Positions 49,788 to 59,010 of a stretch of 64,000 bases of DNA are shown here, piece by piece. The notes beneath the pieces are model-generated. The model saw only the letters and a program-made list of their open reading frames with translations. It had not been told where the DNA came from and ran no database searches. The stretch lies in the NCBI RefSeq assembly GCF_009931435.1, contig NZ_CP043414.1. One strand, 5' to 3'. The translations under genes were made by a program, and so were the position numbers. The stretch comes from Escherichia coli (GTDB taxonomy: Bacteria; Pseudomonadota; Gammaproteobacteria; Enterobacterales; Enterobacteriaceae). How positions within the stretch are numbered: position 1 is the first letter of the stretch; every line of letters begins with the position of its first letter.

Positions 49788-49976
49788 TCAGATTATTTCG
49801 TTTTGCCTGAGTGTTGAATAACGCCACTACAGTTATATAAGCTGGAAATCATTCAATACTCGCACTATCGAAAGTTCACCAGCCAACCGCAGCACATTCC
49901 TGCATACGACGTGTCTGCGGCTTTTTTCATCTCTGCCTGTAATTACTGATTAACGTAAAATCCTCTTCCCCGATAT

Positions 49977-50507
49977 TTACTGCTCTGGCTTTTGTGGCCA
50001 TTCCGGGTTCGCTGAATCCACCCGGCTGAGCAGGACGCTGTAACGCTCCCATGCCGACAGCCGGGTTCGCTCTTCTTCCGTGGCCATATTCAGCCTTACT
50101 GACCGCTCCAGAAGCCGGATGATGGCATCTGCTTCACTGAGCAGCGTGGCCTTGCGTTGCTCTGTCTGTCTGTTGACTTCCTCTGGCGAATACTCACGTT
50201 TCCTCACCTGACCGTCCAGATACATCCACTGCCCCGAATCGTCTGCACGGCGGTTCGCCGTTATATCTGCCACCTCAACAACACTTAATCCCGCCGGATT
50301 AAGCGTTGAGGCATCCCGGGTGATGGCAACGATAATATTGTTATCATCGTAAGCCATCTTTATTGTGTCTTTCTGAAAGTTACTCACTTCTTCATACCAG
50401 TTTCTTCCGTCCTCTGAAAACAACCAGATAACATCAAAATTTTTTGTCAGTTGATACTGAGCAACGGTTTTGGGATTACCTGCTGTAATATTTTTTAAGT
50501 GCTGCAT
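49977..50507 (-). CDS. tfa: Tail fibre assembly protein Tfa
   Basis: 176-aa ORF immediately downstream of the tail fibre gene. Confidence 0.8.
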   Translation of the reverse strand: MQHLKNITAGNPKTVAQYQLTKNFDVIWLFSEDGRNWYEEVSNFQKDTIKMAYDDNNIIVAITRDASTLNPAGLSVVEVADITANRRADDSGQWMYLDGQVRKREYSPEEVNRQTEQRKATLLSEADAIIRLLERSVRLNMATEEERTRLSAWERYSVLLSRVDSANPEWPQKPEQ

Positions 50508-50510
50508 TAC

Positions 50511-53096
50511 TTATACCTGCGATACGTTAAACCATGTGCCGTTTATGTATTTTTGCACCGGCCGGTAAACCGCTGAGTTATCGCCATCAGCATCCCCGAC
50601 AAGACAAAGCCCCGTAATGACATGGCCGGACTTCTCATACGTCACGCCTTTTTGCATGCCCTGAACAACACGCGTACCCAGCCGGATATCCCTGACATAG
50701 CGGATATCAAAATTACTGTAATCGGAAGGATTAACGCGCCCGGACACATTCAGCCCTTTACTGACCTGAATGCTGCCGTTTGTAAAGCGCATTACACGTG
50801 CGTTACCGGCGTAAACATCAAGATTACCGTCGCCGTTTTGTTTCAGGCCTGTGTCGCCCCTCCCCAGCGCAAGTGAATGACCGCCCAGCGTATTCTGTGC
50901 ACCGATACCCACCGCGCCATCCAGGGTCCCGCCCGTTGTCGTGAACAGACGCTCCCAGTCCGCCTCAAAGCCATAGCCATCACGGGCGGAGCGGTAAAAT
51001 ATCCCGCCATTCCGGTAATTCACCCGAAACTGGACCGCAGGGCAGCTGCCTTCCCCTGTATTAAAATGAAGAATTAAGGATGATGCGCCACCATCCTGTG
51101 CACAATAAGCGCCACTGTCCAGGTTCCAGGCGACGGCATCTGTATCGGCGAGCGTTTCCCCGGTTTTTCCCAGCGCAAAGGCCGGTGGCTTGTTTTTCGT
51201 GTTGTAGTCACGACGCCAGCCAGGGGAATAACCATCACCATGATTAATATAGGTAAACTGCGCATTCGCCGTTCCACTTCCGCTGGATGTTGTCGGTGTG
51301 GTTATGCGGATCGTCATCGCTGACTTTATCCCCATCACCTCAATGACAGCGCCGGCGAGATGAATATTTCCGCAGCCCGTATCCGTGATGATTTTATTAT
51401 TACCGTAAGACCAGGAGCCCTTGCACATCCAGTATGGGTGGTTAAATGCGCCCTGAGACTCCAGCCACCCGATAAACTGTGCGGTCGTCCAGTCTCCTGT
51501 CGTTGTGCTTACGGCCCCACCGAAAGCACGGCAGGCACCAATATTTTTCGTAAAGGTGTCTTTGTCGGGGACATCCGCACCGTTCTTATCTTTCTGCAGT
51601 CGTTTCTCAGCATTCTCACAGGCGGCTTTTACTGCCTTTGGTGTTGCCGCCAGTGACTCGGAAGTGCTGTTGGTTGCACTGCTGAGCTGGACTATCCCCT
51701 TTTTCGTCGTGCTCGCATCCTCAAGCGCCACGGCAGACGCAATATCCTCCGCCCGTTTTGCCGCAGTCTCAGCGCGCGTTGCCGCGGATTCTGCCGTGCT
51801 TTTGCTCTGTGCTGCCGCTGTCGCACTGCCAGCTGCCTCTGTCGCCTTCGCGGATGCCGTCGTGGCACTGCCCTGCGCCTCTGACGCCAGCCTTGCCGCC
51901 TCATCTTTTGAAGCTGACGCCGATGATGCTGATGACGCCGCCGAACTGGCGGACGATACGGCTGCCGTTTTTGAGGATTCTGCGCTGGTTTCCGACGCTT
52001 TCGCGTTCGTCTCGGATGTCCTCGCAGCGGAAGCAGACCTCGCTGCTGCAGTGGCCTGTTCAGTGGCTTCGCCAGCCTTCGTTGTGGCTGCTGAAGCGGA
52101 CGATGCGGCGCTTTCTGCCGATTTTCCGGCGGCGGTGGCACTGGCTGAGGCCTCCTCCGCTTTAACTGACGCCTCACGGGACGATGATGCAGCGGCAGTT
52201 TCTGAGCCTGCTGCTGCGGAGGCACTCTGTTCCGCTGCCGTTTCAGAAGACCTGGCGTTCGTCTCAGACGTCTTTGCCGCCTTCGCGGAATTTCCTGCCG
52301 CCGTTGCCGAGGAAGCTGCGCTACCGGCGCTCGAGGCTGCGCTCGTTTCTGATGATTTTGCCGCCTCTTTTGAGGCCGCCGCATCCCTGGCTGACGTGGC
52401 AGCTTCTGACGCTTTCGTGGTCGCGGTGGATGCAGACGTGGCGGCTGATTGTTGTGACGCTGCCGCATTCGTTTCTGACGTTTTCGCGGCACCGGCACTG
52501 GTGGCCGCCGCGCTTTTTGAGGACTCTGCAGCGGCAGCACTTTTTGATGCCTCAGCGGCCTTTGCTGAGGCTGTTTCTGCGCCGGAAGACGCTTCCTGAG
52601 CCGACGTCGCAGCCTGTCCGGCGGACGTGCTGGCGGCGCGTGCTGAGTCCGCAGCATCAGTCGCATGGGTTGCCGCCTCACGGGCTGATGTACCGGCATC
52701 GCTGGCGGATTTTTTCGCGGCTGCCGTGTTCTGTGCCACTGCGGACGCGTTACGCGCCACCTCTTCCACCATCAGTTCAAAACGGCGCAGTGCCTCCGGA
52801 CGGGCATCATCCTCCGTCATGGCACCGAGAAAATCATTCAGCGTACCGGGTTGGGAATCTTCATACACGGTGATGGTCCCGGCATGTGAAGGCGGAAAAC
52901 CGTCAACCAGCAGGATGACACCGTACTGGCCGTACTCAACGTCCATACTGTAACGCCCGGCTTCATCCGGATTTTCTGAGGCCACCGTGTTCACCACCAC
53001 CGTGGTACTGTTACGTTTTGCTTTCAGCTGAATGGTGCAGTTCTGTACCGGTTTACCTGCACCGTCTTTCAGCACGCCTGAAATCTTTACTGCCAT
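50511..53096 (-). CDS. stf: Side tail fibre protein Stf with long Ala/Ser/Thr-rich repeat region
   Basis: 861-aa ORF; conserved N-terminus (MAVKISGVLKDGAGKPV...), central about 350 aa low-complexity repeats, distinct C-terminal domain. Confidence 0.85.
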   Translation of the reverse strand: MAVKISGVLKDGAGKPVQNCTIQLKAKRNSTTVVVNTVASENPDEAGRYSMDVEYGQYGVILLVDGFPPSHAGTITVYEDSQPGTLNDFLGAMTEDDARPEALRRFELMVEEVARNASAVAQNTAAAKKSASDAGTSAREAATHATDAADSARAASTSAGQAATSAQEASSGAETASAKAAEASKSAAAAESSKSAAATSAGAAKTSETNAAASQQSAATSASTATTKASEAATSARDAAASKEAAKSSETSAASSAGSAASSATAAGNSAKAAKTSETNARSSETAAEQSASAAAGSETAAASSSREASVKAEEASASATAAGKSAESAASSASAATTKAGEATEQATAAARSASAARTSETNAKASETSAESSKTAAVSSASSAASSASSASASKDEAARLASEAQGSATTASAKATEAAGSATAAAQSKSTAESAATRAETAAKRAEDIASAVALEDASTTKKGIVQLSSATNSTSESLAATPKAVKAACENAEKRLQKDKNGADVPDKDTFTKNIGACRAFGGAVSTTTGDWTTAQFIGWLESQGAFNHPYWMCKGSWSYGNNKIITDTGCGNIHLAGAVIEVMGIKSAMTIRITTPTTSSGSGTANAQFTYINHGDGYSPGWRRDYNTKNKPPAFALGKTGETLADTDAVAWNLDSGAYCAQDGGASSLILHFNTGEGSCPAVQFRVNYRNGGIFYRSARDGYGFEADWERLFTTTGGTLDGAVGIGAQNTLGGHSLALGRGDTGLKQNGDGNLDVYAGNARVMRFTNGSIQVSKGLNVSGRVNPSDYSNFDIRYVRDIRLGTRVVQGMQKGVTYEKSGHVITGLCLVGDADGDNSAVYRPVQKYINGTWFNVSQV

Positions 53097-53154
53097 ATTC
53101 GTTCCACAAATAAAAAAGGTGCCATTTCTGGCACCCGGTCTGGTTTCTGAACAT

Positions 53155-56100
53155 TCAACTGATACTGATACCGGCTGTGGATTTCTTCATCACCACAACC
53201 AGCAAATCGCTGATGCTTGCCGTGGGATACCAGTCATTCACCAGCCACGCTGATACCGAAAACTCCAGCGTCATGTGACCGCGACCCGCTGGCATATCAA
53301 TCACACCTGTATAAATCAGCGTATTATCCAGCGCGGTACGGTTATAAATTTCAGCACCGTTTTTCCGCACTATCAGACGGCATGATGAATAAATGTCATT
53401 ATGCTCTCTCTCATGTCTGGCACCGCTGAATGCCACCGCCGGAATGACAATTTGCCGGTCAAAAGGCTGATCGTCATAAACCCTGACGGTGATGGTCCCT
53501 GATGGCCACCGTTCCGGTGCACGGGAGTCCCGGGGGAAAGGTTTACCCACTGTTTTAACGAGATCGCCTTCAATCTGGTTGGCGGACAATTTTCCCAGAA
53601 CCCGACAGTTCTCGTTAATCGTGACGTTGTTGAGCGTCCCGGAGTTCGCATTCACGTTACCGCTGATATCGGCATTTTTAGCAGTCAGCTTTCCGTCCGG
53701 TGTCAGGGAAAAGGCCGGGGGATTGCCGCCGCTGGTAATGGTGGGGGCCGTCAGGCGCTTCAGGAACACGTCGTTCATGAATATCTGATCGCCCTGACCA
53801 ACAAACATCGGTTTTGTGTTGCCATTCGCAGGATTAACCATCGCAATCCTGTCCGCCGCCAGCAGCACCTGACTCTGCATGCCGTCAGGGGTGTTCTCAA
53901 TACCGGCACCAATACCCGCGATATAAAGGCGTCCGTCCTGCATCTGCTGCAGCTTCACAGCCCACATGCTGTTCAGGTTATTATTTGTATCAACCTGAAC
54001 CTTCTGTATCTGCTGAATTGCCGCACTCTGGTCTTCCAGTTTCTTATTGACGGTCTGTGTGATTTCATTGCTGACATCCGTAATGGACGTCCTGATTTCA
54101 GCCAGATCAGGCGCCAGCTGACCGTTATCAATCTGCGTCCACAGCTCCTGAGCCAGATGGGTTTTTCCTATCTCGCCTTTGAAAAAATCCAGATAGCCGG
54201 ATGCATCATCACTCGGCTGACCAACAGCCTCCACGAATGCCGATTTGCCAACGGTGTTCACACTGCGGATATAAAAGTAATAATCATGGCCCGGTTTGAT
54301 ATTGATACTGGCGGCTATCCAGTACAGCGCCGTGCCAAGATAGCGTGCTGTGGTTTCAACCTGCCTGATATCCGCAATCCGCTTTTCCGAGAACCAGAAC
54401 TCAAACTGTACCGTCGGATCATAAACCGCAAGATGCGGCGTGGCGGTTATCTGAAAATAGCCCGGCGTCAGCTCAATCCGCGACGGCGCTGCCGGTGCGG
54501 CAATCCGGAACGATACCGACGCCGGATCGCCCTGCTGCCCCCACGCATTTACTGCCCGGACTGTCAGCCTGTAGTTCCCCAGCGCCAGTTGTGTGAAGCG
54601 GTAAGTGGTTTCCGTCGTCCGGGCCGTGCTGACCAGCCACTCACTGCCGTCATCCGCTGTTACGGTCAGACGGAGCAGGAAGCTCACGCCCTTCACCACC
54701 TTCGGCGTGTCCCAGCGCGCCAGCACCTGATATTCCCCGCTGTCTGCGGTGACTTCGGCAGTCAGGTGCTGCACCGCTGGCGGCGTGACACCATTCACCG
54801 TGCCGCTCTGGTCGCCGTCAAAGTGCGCCCCGTTATCCACGATGGCTTCTTTTTCCGGTACATGCTGCACGGCGGTGATGGCATACGTGCCGTCGTCGTT
54901 CTCACGGATACTCACGCAGCGGAACAGGCGCTGGCGCAGCGTCGGCAGCTTCAGCCCCCACACGCTGTATTCAGCAACGCCGTCAGGAACACGGCTCACT
55001 TTCACCTTCACGCCGTCGGTGACGGACTGAACCTCCACGCTGACCGGATTGCCACTTCCGTCAACCAGGCTTATCAGCGTGGTACCGGAGGATGGCAGCG
55101 TGATTTCACGGTCGAGCGTCAGCGTCCGGGTCTGGCTGTTTACCGCCAGCACGCGCCCGCCGGTGCTGATACCGGCATAGTCATCATCACAGATTTCAAT
55201 GACATCGCCCGGCACATGGCGAAGCCCTTCTGCGCCCACGCTGAAGTCCACGGTCTGCGTTTCCAGCAGTTCTGTTTTAATCAGCCATAGCCCGGCGCGA
55301 TGTGCCTGCCCCCGGCTGGTACAGCCAAAGGCATCCATCTTCGTGACGTTACGACCGTAACGGGCAATGGCCTGCGTGTCCTCCACAAGCTCTGTCGCCG
55401 TCTCCCAGCCGTTATTCGGGTCAATCCAGTTCACCTCAACGGCATTATGGCGGTCCTTCAGGGCGCTGAAGCTGTAGCGGAACGGCGCGCCATCATCCGG
55501 CATCACCACATTACTGCGGTTATAGGTCCACACCTTATCTGATGGTCGGTCCTGCACGAACGTCAGCGTCTGCCCGTTCCATACCGGCATACAGCGCATC
55601 GCCGAGCAGAAATCACTGAGCACATCCCACGCCTTGCGCTGTGTTGTCAGGTAAGCGTTACAGGTGATGCGCGGCTCCGTGCCACCAAAGCCATCCGGCA
55701 CCGACTGGTCGCAATTCTGGCCGATGACATACAGCGCCCATTTGTCCACATCCGCCGCACCGAGACGCTTCCCCATGCCGTAGCGCGGATGGGTCAGCAT
55801 ATCCCACAGACACCAGGCCATGTTGTTGCTGTATGCCGGTTTAAACGTCCCGTCCCAGATACCGCTGTATTGCCGCGTCTGCGGGTTATAGTTCGACGGC
55901 ACCTGCAGAATGCGCCCGCGAAGATGATAATTACGGCTCACCTGCTGGCTGCCGAACTGCTCCGAATCCACCTGCACGCCGACCAGTGCCGTGTTCGGGT
56001 AGCACTGTTTCACATCGATGATTTCGGTGTATGACGACCAGAGCGTTTTGTTCTGCAACTGGTCTGTGGTGCTGTCCGGTGTCATCCTGCGCATCCGGAT

Positions 56101-56634
56101 ATTGAACGGGCGCGGCGGCAGGTTATCCACCACCACCGAGGCCAGATACTGCGAGGTGGTTTTGCCCTTAATGGTGATGTCTTTTTCCGTCACCCAGCCA
56201 CCGTTACGCTGTATCTGAACCAGCAGGCGGACTTCCGACGGATTCCTGTCTCCCTTTGAGGTGGTTTCCACCAGTGCCTGTACACCGAAGGTAAAGCGCA
56301 GACGGTCGATGTTTGCCGACGTGATGGTCCGGGTGATCGGCGTGTCATATTTCACTTCCGTACCCAGCACCGTCTCGGAGCCGGAGGATTCAAATCCCTC
56401 CGGTGGTGACTGCTCCTGCTCACCTGCCCGGAACACCACCGTGACGCCGGAGATGTTGGTATTCCCCTCAGTGTCCAGCACCGGCGTACTGTTCAGCAGC
56501 ACACTTTTTAATCCCTCCACCGGACCTTCAACCGGCCCTTCACTGATGGCATCGATCACACTCAGCAACTGCGTGGACTTCAGGTTGTCCTTCGCTTCGC
56601 GCGGGGTATGCCCCTTACTGCTGCCTTTACCCAT
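53155..56634 (-). CDS. J: Tail tip / host specificity protein J
   Basis: 1159-aa ORF starting [21 protein letters not shown], recognisable lambda J-like sequence. Confidence 0.9.
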   Translation of the reverse strand: MGKGSSKGHTPREAKDNLKSTQLLSVIDAISEGPVEGPVEGLKSVLLNSTPVLDTEGNTNISGVTVVFRAGEQEQSPPEGFESSGSETVLGTEVKYDTPITRTITSANIDRLRFTFGVQALVETTSKGDRNPSEVRLLVQIQRNGGWVTEKDITIKGKTTSQYLASVVVDNLPPRPFNIRMRRMTPDSTTDQLQNKTLWSSYTEIIDVKQCYPNTALVGVQVDSEQFGSQQVSRNYHLRGRILQVPSNYNPQTRQYSGIWDGTFKPAYSNNMAWCLWDMLTHPRYGMGKRLGAADVDKWALYVIGQNCDQSVPDGFGGTEPRITCNAYLTTQRKAWDVLSDFCSAMRCMPVWNGQTLTFVQDRPSDKVWTYNRSNVVMPDDGAPFRYSFSALKDRHNAVEVNWIDPNNGWETATELVEDTQAIARYGRNVTKMDAFGCTSRGQAHRAGLWLIKTELLETQTVDFSVGAEGLRHVPGDVIEICDDDYAGISTGGRVLAVNSQTRTLTLDREITLPSSGTTLISLVDGSGNPVSVEVQSVTDGVKVKVSRVPDGVAEYSVWGLKLPTLRQRLFRCVSIRENDDGTYAITAVQHVPEKEAIVDNGAHFDGDQSGTVNGVTPPAVQHLTAEVTADSGEYQVLARWDTPKVVKGVSFLLRLTVTADDGSEWLVSTARTTETTYRFTQLALGNYRLTVRAVNAWGQQGDPASVSFRIAAPAAPSRIELTPGYFQITATPHLAVYDPTVQFEFWFSEKRIADIRQVETTARYLGTALYWIAASINIKPGHDYYFYIRSVNTVGKSAFVEAVGQPSDDASGYLDFFKGEIGKTHLAQELWTQIDNGQLAPDLAEIRTSITDVSNEITQTVNKKLEDQSAAIQQIQKVQVDTNNNLNSMWAVKLQQMQDGRLYIAGIGAGIENTPDGMQSQVLLAADRIAMVNPANGNTKPMFVGQGDQIFMNDVFLKRLTAPTITSGGNPPAFSLTPDGKLTAKNADISGNVNANSGTLNNVTINENCRVLGKLSANQIEGDLVKTVGKPFPRDSRAPERWPSGTITVRVYDDQPFDRQIVIPAVAFSGARHEREHNDIYSSCRLIVRKNGAEIYNRTALDNTLIYTGVIDMPAGRGHMTLEFSVSAWLVNDWYPTASISDLLVVVMKKSTAGISIS

Positions 56635-56694
56635 TCCTCACGCTCCATAAATGACAAAACCGCCCGCAGGCGGTTTCACATAAAACGTTTTTCA

Positions 56695-57336
56695 TCAGCG
56701 ACCAATCACCACAACCTGACCACCATCACCTTCATCTGCTGTGCTGATCTCCTGAGAAACCACACGTGATCCCACGCGCATTTCACCGTACAGAACGGGC
56801 AGAACATTGCCCTGGGCAACCATATTATCCAGTGAAGAAAAATAGGTGTTCTGTTTGCCGTTATCCGTTGTCTGTGTGCGGGGGGTTTTGGGTTTAGGGG
56901 CCAGCATCTGTGCAACACCGCCAAGCGTCATACTGGCACCGAGAGAAAACAGCAGATTACTCGCCATAATTCCTACCCCCGGCATCCATATAGCAACCGC
57001 CATAACAGCCGCCCCCAGCACAGCCTGAAACACACCGCCACTTTTGGCTCCTGCCAGACGCGGCACGATGTGGATCACAGCACCATTTGCCAGCGGTTCA
57101 TTAAGACGGGCTGATAATTCGTTTTCACCTGTATCACGCCCGGCAATCCGTATCTGATACCAGCCATCGCTCAGTTTCTGACGAAACGCCGGGAGCTGTG
57201 TGGCCAGTGCCCGGATGGCTTCAGCCCCCGTTTTCACACGAAGGTCGATGCGGCGACCAAATCGTTGTAAATCCCCGTAAAGGCAGATGCGCGCCATGCC
57301 CGGTGACGCCAGAGGGAGTGTGTGCGTCGCTGCCAT
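56695..57336 (-). CDS. I: Tail assembly protein I
   Basis: 213-aa ORF, lambda I-like; 5' end overlaps K, exact start uncertain. Confidence 0.8.
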   Translation of the reverse strand: MAATHTLPLASPGMARICLYGDLQRFGRRIDLRVKTGAEAIRALATQLPAFRQKLSDGWYQIRIAGRDTGENELSARLNEPLANGAVIHIVPRLAGAKSGGVFQAVLGAAVMAVAIWMPGVGIMASNLLFSLGASMTLGGVAQMLAPKPKTPRTQTTDNGKQNTYFSSLDNMVAQGNVLPVLYGEMRVGSRVVSQEISTADEGDGGQVVVIGR

Positions 57337-57977
57337 TTGTCGGTGTACCTCTCTCGTTTGCTCAGTTGTTCAGGAATATGGTGCAGCAGCTCGCCGTCGC
57401 CGCAGTAAATTGCGGCGTGATTCGGCACCGATGAACCAAAACAGCACAGCAGCACATCGCCCGGCTGCGCCGCTGACAACGGCACCTGATACAGCCCCGT
57501 CGCCTCCAGATTATCCAGATAGAGATTCTGGCCGTTACGCCACCAGTCATCCTCACGATGAAAGTCCGGCATCTCAATCCCCGCCAGATGATAAGCATCC
57601 CGGAACAGTGTGTAACAGTCCGTCACACCGTGCTCAAAGCGCCGCCCGGTGAGATGCGGCACACAGCGGAACTTATGAATCGTCCCCCGGCAGACCAGCC
57701 ACCACGGCAAATCACTCTGCACCTGCAGCCGCCGGTCGGCCTCACTCAGCCAGGGCAGACCACCGGGGTGGCTGTGGACCAGCGCCACAATCTCACCCTG
57801 CATTTCTGCCTGCAGCCAGTCTTCCGGCGACATACGGAAATACGCCTCCGGCTCACCGGAGATATTCACGCAGGGGAAATATCTTTCCCCCTCCGGCGTG
57901 CTTACCACGAAGCCGCACGACTCCGCTGGCGCACATCGCCGGGCGTGCGCCAGAATCGCTGATTCTGTCTGTGTCAT
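57234..57977 (-). CDS. K: Tail tip assembly protein K (JAMM/MPN plus NlpC/P60 peptidase motifs)
   Basis: HSHPGGLPWLSEAD (HxHx7SxxD) and downstream Cys/His (DCYTLF...HAAIY) motifs. Confidence 0.8.
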   Translation of the reverse strand: MTQTESAILAHARRCAPAESCGFVVSTPEGERYFPCVNISGEPEAYFRMSPEDWLQAEMQGEIVALVHSHPGGLPWLSEADRRLQVQSDLPWWLVCRGTIHKFRCVPHLTGRRFEHGVTDCYTLFRDAYHLAGIEMPDFHREDDWWRNGQNLYLDNLEATGLYQVPLSAAQPGDVLLCCFGSSVPNHAAIYCGDGELLHHIPEQLSKRERYTDKWQRRTHSLWRHRAWRASAFTGIYNDLVAASTFV

Positions 57978-57982
57978 GGGAT

Positions 57983-58681
57983 TTACTGCGAAAGTTTGTT
58001 AATGGAAAGGAAGCCGCCAAAGTTGCCGACGTTATTGCGGAACTTACAACCGCTCAGGCATTTGCTGCATTTATCCTTCGTGATATCGGACGTTGGCTGG
58101 TCATATTCATCCGCGACAGCCGGACCGCTATAACCGCACTCGTCACCGCGATAGGTCCAGGTGCAGGTGTTGGCCAGCATGATACGTCCCGGAAAAACAG
58201 CGCCATCCGTTTCCGTCGGCGTGGACAGTACAAAGGAGGCACTCACCGCGCTCAGTTCGCTGCACTGCTCAATGCGCCAGCGGCTGATCACCTCCTGCTC
58301 CGGATCGGCATAACTGTTTCCGTTGACGAAGTTCACCGCATCCAGAAAACGGGCGTAAACCTTACGCCGGACCACCGTTCCGCCGACCAGACTCTGCATA
58401 TCTTCCGCCATCCCGGTGACCATACCGTACAGGTTAGAAACCGTCAGCGTGGGGCGCGTACTGGTGCCTTTGCCATTCAGTTCAAAACCGCTCCCCTGAA
58501 TGGGATACGGCTGATACTGTCGCCCCTGCCAGGTGACCGGCTCACCTTTTTCGTTCTGCTCATTACAGAAAAAATAACGTTCTCCACCGACCTCTGTCAG
58601 GTCGATTTCCCAGAGCACCACGCTGGCCGACTGCTCCGCACGGGTGCATTCATTCAGTGTTTCCTGCCGGATATCCTGCAT
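57983..58681 (-). CDS. L: Minor tail protein L
   Basis: 232-aa ORF, lambda L-like, C-terminal Cys cluster. Confidence 0.85.
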   Translation of the reverse strand: MQDIRQETLNECTRAEQSASVVLWEIDLTEVGGERYFFCNEQNEKGEPVTWQGRQYQPYPIQGSGFELNGKGTSTRPTLTVSNLYGMVTGMAEDMQSLVGGTVVRRKVYARFLDAVNFVNGNSYADPEQEVISRWRIEQCSELSAVSASFVLSTPTETDGAVFPGRIMLANTCTWTYRGDECGYSGPAVADEYDQPTSDITKDKCSKCLSGCKFRNNVGNFGGFLSINKLSQ

Positions 58682-59010
58682 CAGTTCACCACCTGTTCAA
58701 ACTCTGCGCTGAACTCAACACGCAGCATACTGACCCGCGACGACCATTTTGCGCAGGTCACCTTTATCTGCCGCCACTCATAAGGCGGCGTCCACAGAAA
58801 GGATTTCCAGCCCCCGTGCTCTTCCAGAAACGACTCCAGTACCGTGGCCTCCTCACGGGGGACAGAAAGCGTCACGCTGTACGTTTTCAGGTTGGCATTC
58901 AGCCCGGCAGGCGCTCGCTGGGAATAGCCATCACCAAAGCGCACCTTTCTTACAGAAGGGACCGAAGCCACATCCATACCGGGTTTCACTTTCCAGCGGA
59001 AGGTCTTCAT
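58681..59010 (-). CDS. M: Minor tail protein M
   Basis: 109-aa ORF, position and size as lambda M. Confidence 0.85.
   Translation of the reverse strand: MKTFRWKVKPGMDVASVPSVRKVRFGDGYSQRAPAGLNANLKTYSVTLSVPREEATVLESFLEEHGGWKSFLWTPPYEWRQIKVTCAKWSSRVSMLRVEFSAEFEQVVN

Noticed and set aside
49525-49821. 98-aa plus-strand ORF between serT and tfa
   Set aside because: No RBS, contains an intrinsic terminator hairpin within it (49749-49787), and lies in the probable attachment-site region; most likely non-coding
51505-52699. Long ORFs inside stf on both strands and frames (364-aa Ala-rich plus-strand ORF; 335-aa Arg/Pro-rich minus-strand ORF; 229-aa plus-strand ORF)
   Set aside because: Generated by the GC-rich, low-complexity repeat DNA of the tail fibre gene; no start context, fully nested in a well-supported CDS
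54157-55290. 377-aa plus-strand ORF antisense to J
   Set aside because: Entirely inside the J coding region on the opposite strand; composition Arg/Pro-rich as expected for antisense of a GC-rich gene
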